A stretch of 64,000 nt of DNA from Thermoproteota archaeon (lineage in GTDB: Archaea > Korarchaeota > Korarchaeia > Korarchaeales > Korarchaeaceae): assembly GCA_027491395.1 (NCBI GenBank), contig JAOZFI010000017.1, forward strand, positions 29,672-93,671. The letters are read 5' to 3'. Both the position numbers and the translations under genes were made by a program. Shown in pieces: positions 47,684 to 56,683 of this stretch. Position 1 is the first letter of the stretch. Every line of letters begins with the position of its first letter. The notes under the pieces are model-generated. The model had not been told where the DNA came from. It worked only from the letters and a program-made list of their open reading frames with translations, and searched no databases.

Positions 47684-47910
47684 TGTGCTTGGGAATACCG
47701 GGGAAGGTGGTTGAGATCAGAGAGAGGACCGCCATAGTGGACTTCGGCGGGGTACTCAGGGAGGTAGACGCGACTCTAGAGGAGGTGAATCCGGGAGACT
47801 ATGTGATAGTCCACGTGGGAGTGATAATCTCGAGGATGGATCCCGAAACGGCTAGGGAGACGATAGAAGCTTGGGAAGAGATGATAAAGGCGCTAGAGGG
47901 ATCCCAGTGA
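47683..47910 (+). CDS. hypC: HypC chaperone
   Basis: MCLGIPG, VDFGG, GDYVIVHVG. Confidence 0.95.
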   Translation: MCLGIPGKVVEIRERTAIVDFGGVLREVDATLEEVNPGDYVIVHVGVIISRMDPETARETIEAWEEMIKALEGSQ

Positions 47911-48938
47911 CGGAAGAGGTCAGGCTAGCCCACGGATCCGGTGGTAAAGAGACGCAGGGGCTCCTGAACGAGGTGATCCTCTCTTTATTGGGGGAGGATA
48001 TGAAGAAGGTGAAAGGAGGCGTCGGCACCGACGAGCTGGACGACGGAGCCGCGATACCCATCCCGGGCGGATACGCAGTCATCACGGTAGATTCCTACAC
48101 CGTGAAACCATACTTCTTCCCGGGAGGCGATATAGGTGAGTTGGCTGCCTCGGGCACGATAAACGATCTGCTGATGATGGGCGCCAAGCCCTTGGCGATA
48201 GTCGACTCGATAGTCGTTGAGGAGGGATTCCCCCTAGAAGATTTGAGGAGGATAACGGGGAGCATGGTGGAGACACTTAAGCGAGTCGGCGTCAAGCTCG
48301 TGGGCGGTGATTTGAAGGTAATCCCTAAGGGTGGACTCGACGGTATAGTGATCACAACTGCTGGTCTCGGTTTCGCCGAGAGGATAATAGTGGACTCCAA
48401 TCTCAGGCCGGGGGACAAGATCATAGTCAGCGGTACAGTAGGAGATCATGGCGCCGCTATACTAGCGGCTCAGGAGGGGCTGGAGGTGGAGGGAGGGATA
48501 GAGAGTGATGTGGCACCCCTGCACGACCTCATGATGCCCCTTATAGAGGAATACGGCCCCGCCATACACGCCGCCCAAGATCCCACTAGAGGGGGATTGG
48601 CTCAGGCCCTCAATGAATGGGCATCCAAAACCGGCTACCTGATCACAGTGGAGGAGGATAAAATACCGGTGAGGGAGAAGGTGAGAGCCTTCACAGAAAT
48701 GCTTGGTGTGGATCCTCTTACCTTAGCGTGTGAGGGAAGGGCCGTCTTGGGGGTGTCCGGGGACAACGCCGAGGATGTCCTCGGCGTTGTGAGGGACTTG
48801 GGTTTTGAGGAAGCATCTATCATAGGTGAGGTTAGGGAGTCCGAGAGGTACGGCGGGATGGTAGTCATTAAAGCAATTACAGGCGGATTGAGGATATTAG
48901 AACCTCCATCAGGTGTTATCGTTCCCAGAATATGCTGA
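47907..48938 (+). CDS. hypE: Carbamoyl dehydratase HypE
   Basis: LAHGSGG, DSYTV..FFPGGDIG, GGD.KV, DPTRGG, C-terminal PRIC. Confidence 0.96.
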   Translation: MTEEVRLAHGSGGKETQGLLNEVILSLLGEDMKKVKGGVGTDELDDGAAIPIPGGYAVITVDSYTVKPYFFPGGDIGELAASGTINDLLMMGAKPLAIVDSIVVEEGFPLEDLRRITGSMVETLKRVGVKLVGGDLKVIPKGGLDGIVITTAGLGFAERIIVDSNLRPGDKIIVSGTVGDHGAAILAAQEGLEVEGGIESDVAPLHDLMMPLIEEYGPAIHAAQDPTRGGLAQALNEWASKTGYLITVEEDKIPVREKVRAFTEMLGVDPLTLACEGRAVLGVSGDNAEDVLGVVRDLGFEEASIIGEVRESERYGGMVVIKAITGGLRILEPPSGVIVPRIC

Positions 48939-48941
48939 ACT

Positions 48942-49097
48942 CTACCTACTTACGAATTTATCCCTCTTTTTGGCCCCTCTCTTCCTGCATTTGGACCTCA
49001 CCGGGTATAGCATTTCCTCATAAGCGAACTCGTCCTCTGGGATCTCTTCTACGAAGCTCTCATCTCCATTCTCAAGGTCCTCATCCGATTCTTTCAT
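48942..49097 (-). CDS. Unannotated 51-aa protein with acidic N-half and basic C-half
   Basis: MKESDEDLENGDESFVEEIPEDEFAYEEMLYPVRSKCRKRGAKKRDKFVSR*; TTTTATAAG 23-31 nt upstream on the minus strand. Confidence 0.6.
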   Translation of the reverse strand: MKESDEDLENGDESFVEEIPEDEFAYEEMLYPVRSKCRKRGAKKRDKFVSR

Positions 49098-49226
49098 CGA
49101 TCTCAACTTAATGGGAAAGCTTATAAAAGACCGCGGTCACTAGGCTCCTCTCAGAAATCTTTAAATATTTATACTGTATCATATGTTAGAGTTATACTAA
49201 AATAAATTGAGGTTATCTCCGTTAAA

Positions 49227-49252
49227 TATAACGAAAATGGATATTCGTTATA
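49227..49252. promoter_or_regulatory. Operator-like inverted repeat TATAACGAA-N8-TTCGTTATA
   Basis: Perfect 9-bp arms upstream of the fdh TATA box (TTATAAAA ~49289). Confidence 0.7.
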
Positions 49253-49357
49253 CAATTCATTGATAATCAAGATAATAAACAGCATTCCTTATAAAATAAC
49301 CCTGATGCATTTCTGCTGGAGCTGGTGCTCCGTTCCCCCTTGGGGGGGTGATATTTT

Positions 49358-52300
49358 TTGATGCAAAGTCCCAGAATATCGAGAAGAACCTTTCTAAAGA
49401 TGGCGGGCCTAGGCACTTTCTCACTACTCTTCTCCGGCTCAATCCGGAAGGTCTTGGGGGTACCCAAGCCCAAGAGATACAGGCTGGGAGAGATAGGAGG
49501 CAAGGATCTGCAGCTCACTAGGGAAGTCAGGGGGGTCTGCGGCTACTGCTCTGTGGGCTGCGGCATAATCTTCTATAGGGCAGGCGACAAGGTGATCCAC
49601 CTAGAGGGCGACCCGGACAATCCGTTGAACGAGGGCAAGCTCTGTTCTAAGGGAGAGGCCTCCCTGGAGCTGTTCGGGCAGCATAATCCGAGGAGACTTA
49701 GGACTCCGCTTATAAGGGTTAACCCCAAGCCTCCAGCCGAAGAGCTCAAGAAGGTTAAAACGCAAGATGAACTCAGGGCCATCTTGGATAAATACAAGCC
49801 GATATGGAGACCCGCCACTTGGGATGAGGCCTTCAGGTACATAGCCGAGAGGATGAGGGAGATCCTTGATGAGGTAGGATGGGATCCGAGGAAGGAGGAC
49901 GGCTACTACCACTTAGGCAAGAAGTTCCCGTTGTGGATAGAGGCGGGCGCCAAGCTCACCAACGAGGAGGCCTACATAATAAAGAAGATCGCCACCATGC
50001 TGGGAAGCTACAACATAGACCACGACGCTAGGAGGTGCCACTCCACCACCGTGGCCGGTTTGGCCGGGACGGTTGGCTTCGGGGCCCAGACTCAGAGCTT
50101 CATAGATACCCAGTTCATCTCCACGTATCTGATCTTCGGCGGCAATCCCGCGGAGAATCATCCGGTCAGCATGAGGCATACCCTCAAAGGTAAGGAGAGG
50201 GGGACCCTCAAGCTGGTAGTCGTTGATCCCAGATACAATAGGACCGCCTCCCAGGCTGACGTGTTCGCCTTCTTCAGACCGGGCTCGGACCTAGCGTTCC
50301 TCCTATACATCCTTCACTACGCCTTCTGGGAGAGGAATCCACCGGTGGATCAACTGGACACTTTCAAGGAGTTCGTCACCAGGTTTAACGTGGATCTGGA
50401 GGAGATAAAGGAGTTCAAGGAGATAACCAAGGATTACACGGCTGAGGAGGTTTCGAGGATAACGGGAATACCGGTGGACAAACTCAGGAAGATAGCAGAA
50501 CTCTACGTGGAAAACAGTGGAGTGACTACCAACTTCAAGAGGTTCGGTTCCATCCAGTGGGCAATGGGGCAGACCCAGCACCATGTGGGGACCCAGATCA
50601 CGAGGCTCAGCACCCTCGTGCAGCTGACCTTGGGAAACATGGGATTCCCGGGCGGAGGCCTGAATCCGTACAGGGGCCACAGCAACGTGCAGGGGACCAC
50701 CGACATGTGCATACTCTCGCACATACTGCCGGGTTACATAAAGCAACCCTCCAACCCTCTCCAGATAAGGGTTTATCAGGACTGGAAGAATCAGGGCTTC
50801 CCCGACGCCTGGCACTGGGAGATCCCCGATTGGGCTGGCAGCAGCTTCGGTCCCAATGAGAGGGGTAAGGTGAACTCGACCAAGGTGCTCTGGTCGTGGT
50901 GGTTCCAGAACTGGAGGAGGTTCGAGTTGACTTGGGGCATCTTCGTCGGTACAGATCCTGAATCGGATCCGAAGAACGGGACCGTGATAAGCGACTTCCC
51001 ATTCGGAAAGGGATACACCGAGAACACCTGGTGGCAGGGAGTCCTCTTCGACGACGTGCTGAAGGCAGCGATCATAATGGCGGAGAACATAGCTGTCAGC
51101 GACGGGGATGCGATAACTACCTATATAGCCCTAGCATCGCTCAAGCTGCTTGTTGTGGTTGACCTGTGGGAGGCTGAGACAGCAACTTTCGCTGATGTTC
51201 TCCTACCTGGCGCATTCCAGTACGAGAAGTACGGGTCGATAACGAACAGCAACCGCTGGGTCCAATGGCAGGACAGGGTCGTGCCACCAGCAGGCGATGC
51301 CAAACCCGATCTCTGGATAATGCTCAAACTCTGGGACTACTTCAAGAGCTACGGGATTGTGAGGCTTCCAAGCCAGATATACGGCAAGAGGGAGGAGAAG
51401 GTCTCCATAAAGAATCCCAATACAGGAGAGATGGTCGAGCTTTACGAGAGGAAGATAGAGCCCTTCATGGACTACGCGACCGGCAGATTCGCTGATCCCG
51501 ACTACGCATATGCTGATCCCGAGCTGATATACAAGGAGATAGACTTGGCAGTTGATCTGTACAACGGGATGTATGATTGGGTTGACGGGAAGATACTGGC
51601 GAAGAGGAGGAAGCCCCTGCTGAGGACTGAGTCAGACATAGATGGCATTCTGGACAGGGAGTTCCTGATGTACAAGGACTGGGCGTGGACGTGGCCCAAG
51701 AATGTGAGGATACTCTATGACCTCTGGACTCTCTCCAAGACCTTGGGGAGGACCTTCCAGTTCACCTTCACTCCCGGCGAATATTCCGTTGGGGACACGC
51801 TTAATGGTAAGACTGTGTCCATAACTGGAGAAACCGGAGAGATCAGGGACGCAAAGAGCGGTAAGTGGAGGCCAGCTTTCATACCCGGCCATAACTTCGT
51901 GGTCGGCAAGATGTACAAGAGGCTGTGGTCCGGCATGACCGACCTGCTGACCGGCGCCGTTACGGCGAAAGACCTCCTCTGGTATGGGAAGGTGGTGGGG
52001 AAGTTCGTGATATTCAGCGGGGAATCCCACACCGTGACCACCTACGAGGATCTGGGCATCAAGTGTCCCCTCTGCGAGAGCTTCTACTACGATGAGGACG
52101 TGATAAATGTCGGTAAGGCGAACTACAAGAAGCCCTATTTCAAGGGGACGAAGGACTACAAAGGGAAGAAGATAAAGTACGTGGGATTCTATGACTGGAA
52201 GAAGGTGAGAGACAAGTTCTCTGAGGAGTTTAGGAGTCTAGCCAAGTCCTTGGGCATAAGAGAAGCGGTCAAGAGCATGAAGGAGAAGTACGGCGAGTGG

Positions 52301-52981
52301 TACGCCTATCCTAATCCGAGCAATTCCGGTGAGATCCTAGCTTGGGATATGAGGTACCCGATCCACTACGAACCTGTGGAGTCTCCAGACTTCGAGCTGG
52401 CCACCAAGTATCCAGCGATGGCTTGGAGGAGAGCAGAGAATTACAGATTCTTGGAACCACCTAAGGGATTCGAGCACCTCAAGGATACGGTCACCATGAT
52501 CCCGGAGGATATGTCACCGCCCGAGGGTGCTGAGGTAGTTGTGGTGACCACGAACAGGATGACGGAGCATTTCCACACCGGTCAGCTCACTAGGAATGTC
52601 CCTCTCCTAGCGGAGCTCGTCCCGGAGCCGTTCGCTGAGATACCTAAGCCCCTAGCGGATAAGCTCGGAATAAAGCCCGGAGATATCGTCGAGGTGGGAA
52701 ACAAGAGGAACGTGATTTACGTGAGGGCGATGGTTACCCACAGGGTCCCCAAGCTATCAGTCAATGGTAAGGAGGTCTACGTGATAAACCTGCCCTGGCA
52801 CTGGGGATGGGCCGGGGCTCACAGCACCTATGCGGTGGTGAATACGATAACGGACGTGTACATGGACGTGGTCACCACTATGCAGGAGACCAAGGCGTTC
52901 CTGGCCTACGTTAGGAAGGCTCCCATCGAGAAATACGACTACAGGGCAAAGGAGGAGAATTTACCGGGGATAAGGCCGTGA
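49358..52981 (+). CDS. fdnG: Formate dehydrogenase alpha subunit (FdnG-like, Tat, Cys active site)
   Basis: SRRTFLK; CGYCSVGCG..LCSKG; ARRCHSTTVAGL; GGNPAENHP; RGHSNVQG; EHFHTG. Confidence 0.88.
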   Translation: MMQSPRISRRTFLKMAGLGTFSLLFSGSIRKVLGVPKPKRYRLGEIGGKDLQLTREVRGVCGYCSVGCGIIFYRAGDKVIHLEGDPDNPLNEGKLCSKGEASLELFGQHNPRRLRTPLIRVNPKPPAEELKKVKTQDELRAILDKYKPIWRPATWDEAFRYIAERMREILDEVGWDPRKEDGYYHLGKKFPLWIEAGAKLTNEEAYIIKKIATMLGSYNIDHDARRCHSTTVAGLAGTVGFGAQTQSFIDTQFISTYLIFGGNPAENHPVSMRHTLKGKERGTLKLVVVDPRYNRTASQADVFAFFRPGSDLAFLLYILHYAFWERNPPVDQLDTFKEFVTRFNVDLEEIKEFKEITKDYTAEEVSRITGIPVDKLRKIAELYVENSGVTTNFKRFGSIQWAMGQTQHHVGTQITRLSTLVQLTLGNMGFPGGGLNPYRGHSNVQGTTDMCILSHILPGYIKQPSNPLQIRVYQDWKNQGFPDAWHWEIPDWAGSSFGPNERGKVNSTKVLWSWWFQNWRRFELTWGIFVGTDPESDPKNGTVISDFPFGKGYTENTWWQGVLFDDVLKAAIIMAENIAVSDGDAITTYIALASLKLLVVVDLWEAETATFADVLLPGAFQYEKYGSITNSNRWVQWQDRVVPPAGDAKPDLWIMLKLWDYFKSYGIVRLPSQIYGKREEKVSIKNPNTGEMVELYERKIEPFMDYATGRFADPDYAYADPELIYKEIDLAVDLYNGMYDWVDGKILAKRRKPLLRTESDIDGILDREFLMYKDWAWTWPKNVRILYDLWTLSKTLGRTFQFTFTPGEYSVGDTLNGKTVSITGETGEIRDAKSGKWRPAFIPGHNFVVGKMYKRLWSGMTDLLTGAVTAKDLLWYGKVVGKFVIFSGESHTVTTYEDLGIKCPLCESFYYDEDVINVGKANYKKPYFKGTKDYKGKKIKYVGFYDWKKVRDKFSEEFRSLAKSLGIREAVKSMKEKYGEWYAYPNPSNSGEILAWDMRYPIHYEPVESPDFELATKYPAMAWRRAENYRFLEPPKGFEHLKDTVTMIPEDMSPPEGAEVVVVTTNRMTEHFHTGQLTRNVPLLAELVPEPFAEIPKPLADKLGIKPGDIVEVGNKRNVIYVRAMVTHRVPKLSVNGKEVYVINLPWHWGWAGAHSTYAVVNTITDVYMDVVTTMQETKAFLAYVRKAPIEKYDYRAKEENLPGIRP

Positions 52982-52994
52982 TGAGGGTGATGTT

Positions 52995-53798
52995 ATGGGA
53001 GAGATGGCAATAGCCTTCAATGTGGATAACTGTATCTTCTGCAGGGCATGTCAGGTTGCCTGCCACGTGTGGAACAACACTAGACCCCAAGTAACTGAAT
53101 TTTCCCCTACATTGACGAATCCCCCAGATCTTCTGCCTAACGTCTGGATGGTGATGGAGGCTAAGGAGGTAGTGGAGGGAGATGAATTCCACTGGCTATT
53201 CCTCAAGAGGCAATGCATGCACTGCAGCGAGGCCCCCTGCGCTAAAGCTTGTCCAGTAAATGCCATAGAGATCCATCCGGAGGGGGCTGTCGTAATAAGA
53301 GAGGACAAGTGTACCGGATGCAGGTTCTGCATAGAGGCATGTCCCTACGATGTCCCCAAGTACGATGAAAGTAGTGAGAAGGTGTACAAGTGTACTTTCT
53401 GCATAGACAGGATACAGAACGGCTTGGAGCCCGCTTGCGTCGCTGCATGCCCCACTGATGCCTTGGTATTCGGCGATTACGATGAACTGGTCAACAGGTA
53501 CAGGTCTCAGGGCTTTGAGGTGTATGGTGACTCGGTCAACGACTACGTGGGTAGGACCCACTACATCTACGTCACTAGGAAATTCAAGGGCAAGCTGACC
53601 GACCCCAAGTACTTCGGTGAGAGGTTGAAGAAGGATCCGAGAAAGGCGTCAGTACAGGTCGGAACCAACGTGGTAGAACCTGTCGGCTGGGGCCTTATTG
53701 GTCTCACTTTACTGGCCGCAGCCGGCCACTTCATCTACTGGAGGGCCAAGAGGATCGAGGAGAAGTCCGAATCTGAAGGTGAGAAGGGAGGTGAGTGA
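52995..53798 (+). CDS. fdnH: Formate dehydrogenase Fe-S beta subunit
   Basis: Four Cys clusters (CIFCRACQVAC, CMHC..C..CP, CTGCRFC..CP, KCTFC..PACV..CP); C-terminal TM. Confidence 0.9.
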   Translation: MGEMAIAFNVDNCIFCRACQVACHVWNNTRPQVTEFSPTLTNPPDLLPNVWMVMEAKEVVEGDEFHWLFLKRQCMHCSEAPCAKACPVNAIEIHPEGAVVIREDKCTGCRFCIEACPYDVPKYDESSEKVYKCTFCIDRIQNGLEPACVAACPTDALVFGDYDELVNRYRSQGFEVYGDSVNDYVGRTHYIYVTRKFKGKLTDPKYFGERLKKDPRKASVQVGTNVVEPVGWGLIGLTLLAAAGHFIYWRAKRIEEKSESEGEKGGE

Positions 53799-54530
53799 AT
53801 GACCGAGGAGTATGTGAGCCTTGCGGAGTGGAGGAGCAAGTGCGAGGCAGTGAAGGCGTTCAGCGAGGCCCAGATATGGGTACACAAGCATCTGATACAC
53901 TTCACCCTGTTCTTCTTCATCACAGGCTTACCCTTAATTAGCAGAGAGTGGTTCGGCTGGCTTGCTTTCGTCTTCGGCTATCCGCTTTCCACTGTGATAG
54001 GGAGCTACGATCCCTACAGCCTCGGCATACAGGTGGCCAGGTTCATACACAGGATCTCGGCCATAGGGCTGGCTCTAGTGCTGGTACCCTTCCTCCTCAA
54101 AATGCTGGGAGAGCTCAGGCGTATGGAGATATGGCCCGAATGCTGGAGATTTTCCTGCTTCAAGAAAGGTTTCGAGGACATTATAGATTTCTACGTGCAC
54201 AGGAAGAAGGTGACATTCCCCAAGTATAATGTGGGACAGAAGGGATGGATCTGGACCGTAGTAGTAGGGATGGTGATAATGTACGTAACTGGAACCGTGA
54301 TGTGGCTGAGGGACCTCTTCCCGCCCAGCGCTTGGGAGGTGGCCCATCTCCTCCACGATATAGGGTTCTTCATAGCAGCCATAGGCCTCATAATTCACGT
54401 GTACATGGCCCTGTTGATTCCAGAACATAGGCCTTTCGTCAGGGCCATGTTCAGAACGGGTAGATTGACTGAGGAGTACGTTAAGGAGCACCATCCCGAG
54501 TGGCACGAGAAGATCGAGAAGGAAGGCTGA
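53799..54530 (+). CDS. fdnI: Formate dehydrogenase cytochrome b gamma subunit
   Basis: H..TG, IHR, KYNVGQK, LLHD, HVYM, AM..G..EHHP.W. Confidence 0.9.
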   Translation: MTEEYVSLAEWRSKCEAVKAFSEAQIWVHKHLIHFTLFFFITGLPLISREWFGWLAFVFGYPLSTVIGSYDPYSLGIQVARFIHRISAIGLALVLVPFLLKMLGELRRMEIWPECWRFSCFKKGFEDIIDFYVHRKKVTFPKYNVGQKGWIWTVVVGMVIMYVTGTVMWLRDLFPPSAWEVAHLLHDIGFFIAAIGLIIHVYMALLIPEHRPFVRAMFRTGRLTEEYVKEHHPEWHEKIEKEG

Positions 54531-54548
54531 TCCTCACCCCACTTTTTT

Positions 54549-55475
54549 ATGCCCTCCTATGTCTCTGGGATAGGTGAGGTCATAGTGTCGGACGCGTCGA
54601 GCAAGTTCAAGCAAGCAGTCGACCTGATTTCGATCGAAACTCCCGAGCTGAGGCCTTCCCTCCTATTCTACGCTGATATGATCTCTCTATTGAACGAGTT
54701 ATCCGACGAGGTTGTATCAGAACTGGAGGATAGAAGGGAGCTTATTGAAGAGCTCGCCAAGAGGGTCAGCGAGGAGGGATCTCCGCTCCTGAATTTACTC
54801 GGTACAATACCCGTATCCGCAGGGATATGGCAAAGGATACTCGAATCAGTTGTATCAATAGTGAGAGATCACCGGGAGGAGCTAACGGAAGATCTAAATA
54901 AGCTATTAGAGGCGTCGGGAGGTGGTTCCTTTAGTATACGCGACCTAGCCACCTACTCCCTAAAAGGGGATCCGAATTACGCTAGGGGGGTGGCTGCCGG
55001 ACTTGATGTGGACTTGGACTTAGTGAACGCAATTGCCCTATGGACAATACAGCCCCTCCTCATCGCCCTGAGGAGGATCACAGAAAGGAAGATAGATGCT
55101 AACAACTGGTTGAGAGGCTATTGTCCGGTCTGCGGAAGCTACACGAGGACCGGATTCATGGAAGGGGAGGGTAGGAAGCTACACCTCAAATGCGAGATAT
55201 GCGGGATGGAGTGGCCCTTCCTCAGGTTGAAATGTCCCTTCTGTGGTAACGAAGATGAGAAGAAGTTGGGTTTCTACTCTCTAAACGACAATAAGTTCCG
55301 CCTTTACGTATGCGAAAGTTGCGGAGAATACTGGAAGGTGGTCGACGAGGAACTAGCTGGTAAGAACGTTCCTAGGGAACTCTATCCAGTCTGGACCTTT
55401 GAACTAGATGAGCTGGCCTCCAAGCTCAGCAAGGAGAGATCATCAGAAGACGAGGAAGGTGACATAAAGAGCTGA
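54549..55475 (+). CDS. fdhE: Formate dehydrogenase accessory protein FdhE
   Basis: CPVCGS, CEICGMEW...KCPFCG, CESC..Y.K. Confidence 0.9.
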   Translation: MPSYVSGIGEVIVSDASSKFKQAVDLISIETPELRPSLLFYADMISLLNELSDEVVSELEDRRELIEELAKRVSEEGSPLLNLLGTIPVSAGIWQRILESVVSIVRDHREELTEDLNKLLEASGGGSFSIRDLATYSLKGDPNYARGVAAGLDVDLDLVNAIALWTIQPLLIALRRITERKIDANNWLRGYCPVCGSYTRTGFMEGEGRKLHLKCEICGMEWPFLRLKCPFCGNEDEKKLGFYSLNDNKFRLYVCESCGEYWKVVDEELAGKNVPRELYPVWTFELDELASKLSKERSSEDEEGDIKS

Positions 55476-55477
55476 GG

Positions 55478-56248
55478 TCAGCAGAGAGGGCTGTCTGCCT
55501 CCTTCCCATGCCATCTCACTAGGGGTCCCCCCTTGGACACCATGGGACCTCCCCTCACCCTCTCCGGATAAGTGAAGACTTTCAACTCCCTAGTGAAGTC
55601 TTTCGATATGAGGGTTATCCCCCTCTGATCTGCTGATGCCGCTCCACTAACTAAAACGTGCCTCATGCTAGCAACGATCCTTATCCCCGTCAGAGATAGG
55701 AGCTTTATGATGTCGCCCGAGATCCTCCCGGTGCTTATCATAACTGGTGTAAGCTCCCTAAGATCGTCACTGCGCTTCATTATCCAACCAGCAATCTTCA
55801 TTGCAGCGGTATGCCTACTTATATCGACAAGCAGCATCTTTTGAACTACGGAGGATCCCTTCAGGGCGTATAGCCCGGTGACGTGAAAGGCGAAGGGGCA
55901 TATGCTCTTGGGAATGGATTTGGATACATCGGACATCAGGCTCAGGATCGTGCCCCATTCGACTGGCTCGTTCCTCCATCTAGGGGGACTCAATTCCCCC
56001 TCGTCAGTGATCCTCAGCAGATACTCTAGGTCGCTCAGTCTTATTTCCTCCACCCTGACATCCCTTGTAATCCCCTTCATCAGCAAGTAACCTATTACTG
56101 CCTCCTCGATCATATTTGGGCTAGCGAAGAAGCTCCCTACCTTTCGGCCATCCACCCACTCCACCTCGTACCTGAAGTCGGCAGCCATCTGCGTACCTCT
56201 CCAGCGAACGACGGACCTTTCACACACCCTCCTCAGTTCATCTTGCAT
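55478..56248 (-). CDS. fdhD: Divergent FdhD-like sulfurtransferase
   Basis: SP..IEEAVIGYL..GI, DISRHTAAMKIAG, STGRIS, GITLI, VFTYPER. Confidence 0.7.
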   Translation of the reverse strand: MQDELRRVCERSVVRWRGTQMAADFRYEVEWVDGRKVGSFFASPNMIEEAVIGYLLMKGITRDVRVEEIRLSDLEYLLRITDEGELSPPRWRNEPVEWGTILSLMSDVSKSIPKSICPFAFHVTGLYALKGSSVVQKMLLVDISRHTAAMKIAGWIMKRSDDLRELTPVMISTGRISGDIIKLLSLTGIRIVASMRHVLVSGAASADQRGITLISKDFTRELKVFTYPERVRGGPMVSKGGPLVRWHGKEADSPLC

Positions 56249-56289
56249 TTAGGGGACACCCTTGGTGCTCAATATTAAGTGCATGCACT

Positions 56290-56649
56290 CTAGATGAGCC
56301 CTAACTCCCCAACCACCTTAACAGCTAGATTGCACTTTTCCCTGAACTCCTGCTCGCTCACAGTATGAGTAGCAGGACAGTACTCATCCAGTACGCACTT
56401 ACCAGCGTCGAGATCGTAGATCACGGGATAGGCCCTGCACCCCAGAGGCCTATGCTCATAGACGGAACACATCCCGTTCTTTAGGAAGTAGCACTTTCCA
56501 TCAACGTTCTTGAGCCTGATGAATCCTCCTCTAAGCTCGGAGAAATCCTCTCTTCTATATCCTAGGGACTCAAGTCTCCTTATGTCGCTTTCAGTGAGGA
56601 TCATCTCGGTCTCAAGGCAGCAGAGGTGGCACCCCTCGGGACATATCAT
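56290..56649 (-). CDS. YkgJ-family cysteine-cluster protein
   Basis: CPEGCHLCC, CYFL..CSVYEHRPLGCRAYP; start set at ATG 56649. Confidence 0.88.
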   Translation of the reverse strand: MICPEGCHLCCLETEMILTESDIRRLESLGYRREDFSELRGGFIRLKNVDGKCYFLKNGMCSVYEHRPLGCRAYPVIYDLDAGKCVLDEYCPATHTVSEQEFREKCNLAVKVVGELGLI

Positions 56650-56683
56650 CAGGGTTATATCGGTCTCTCCATTAAAATTCCGT

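Noticed and set aside
50025-50050. Selenocysteine recoding in FDH or hydrogenase
   Set aside because: Active-site codons are Cys and there is no in-frame TGA
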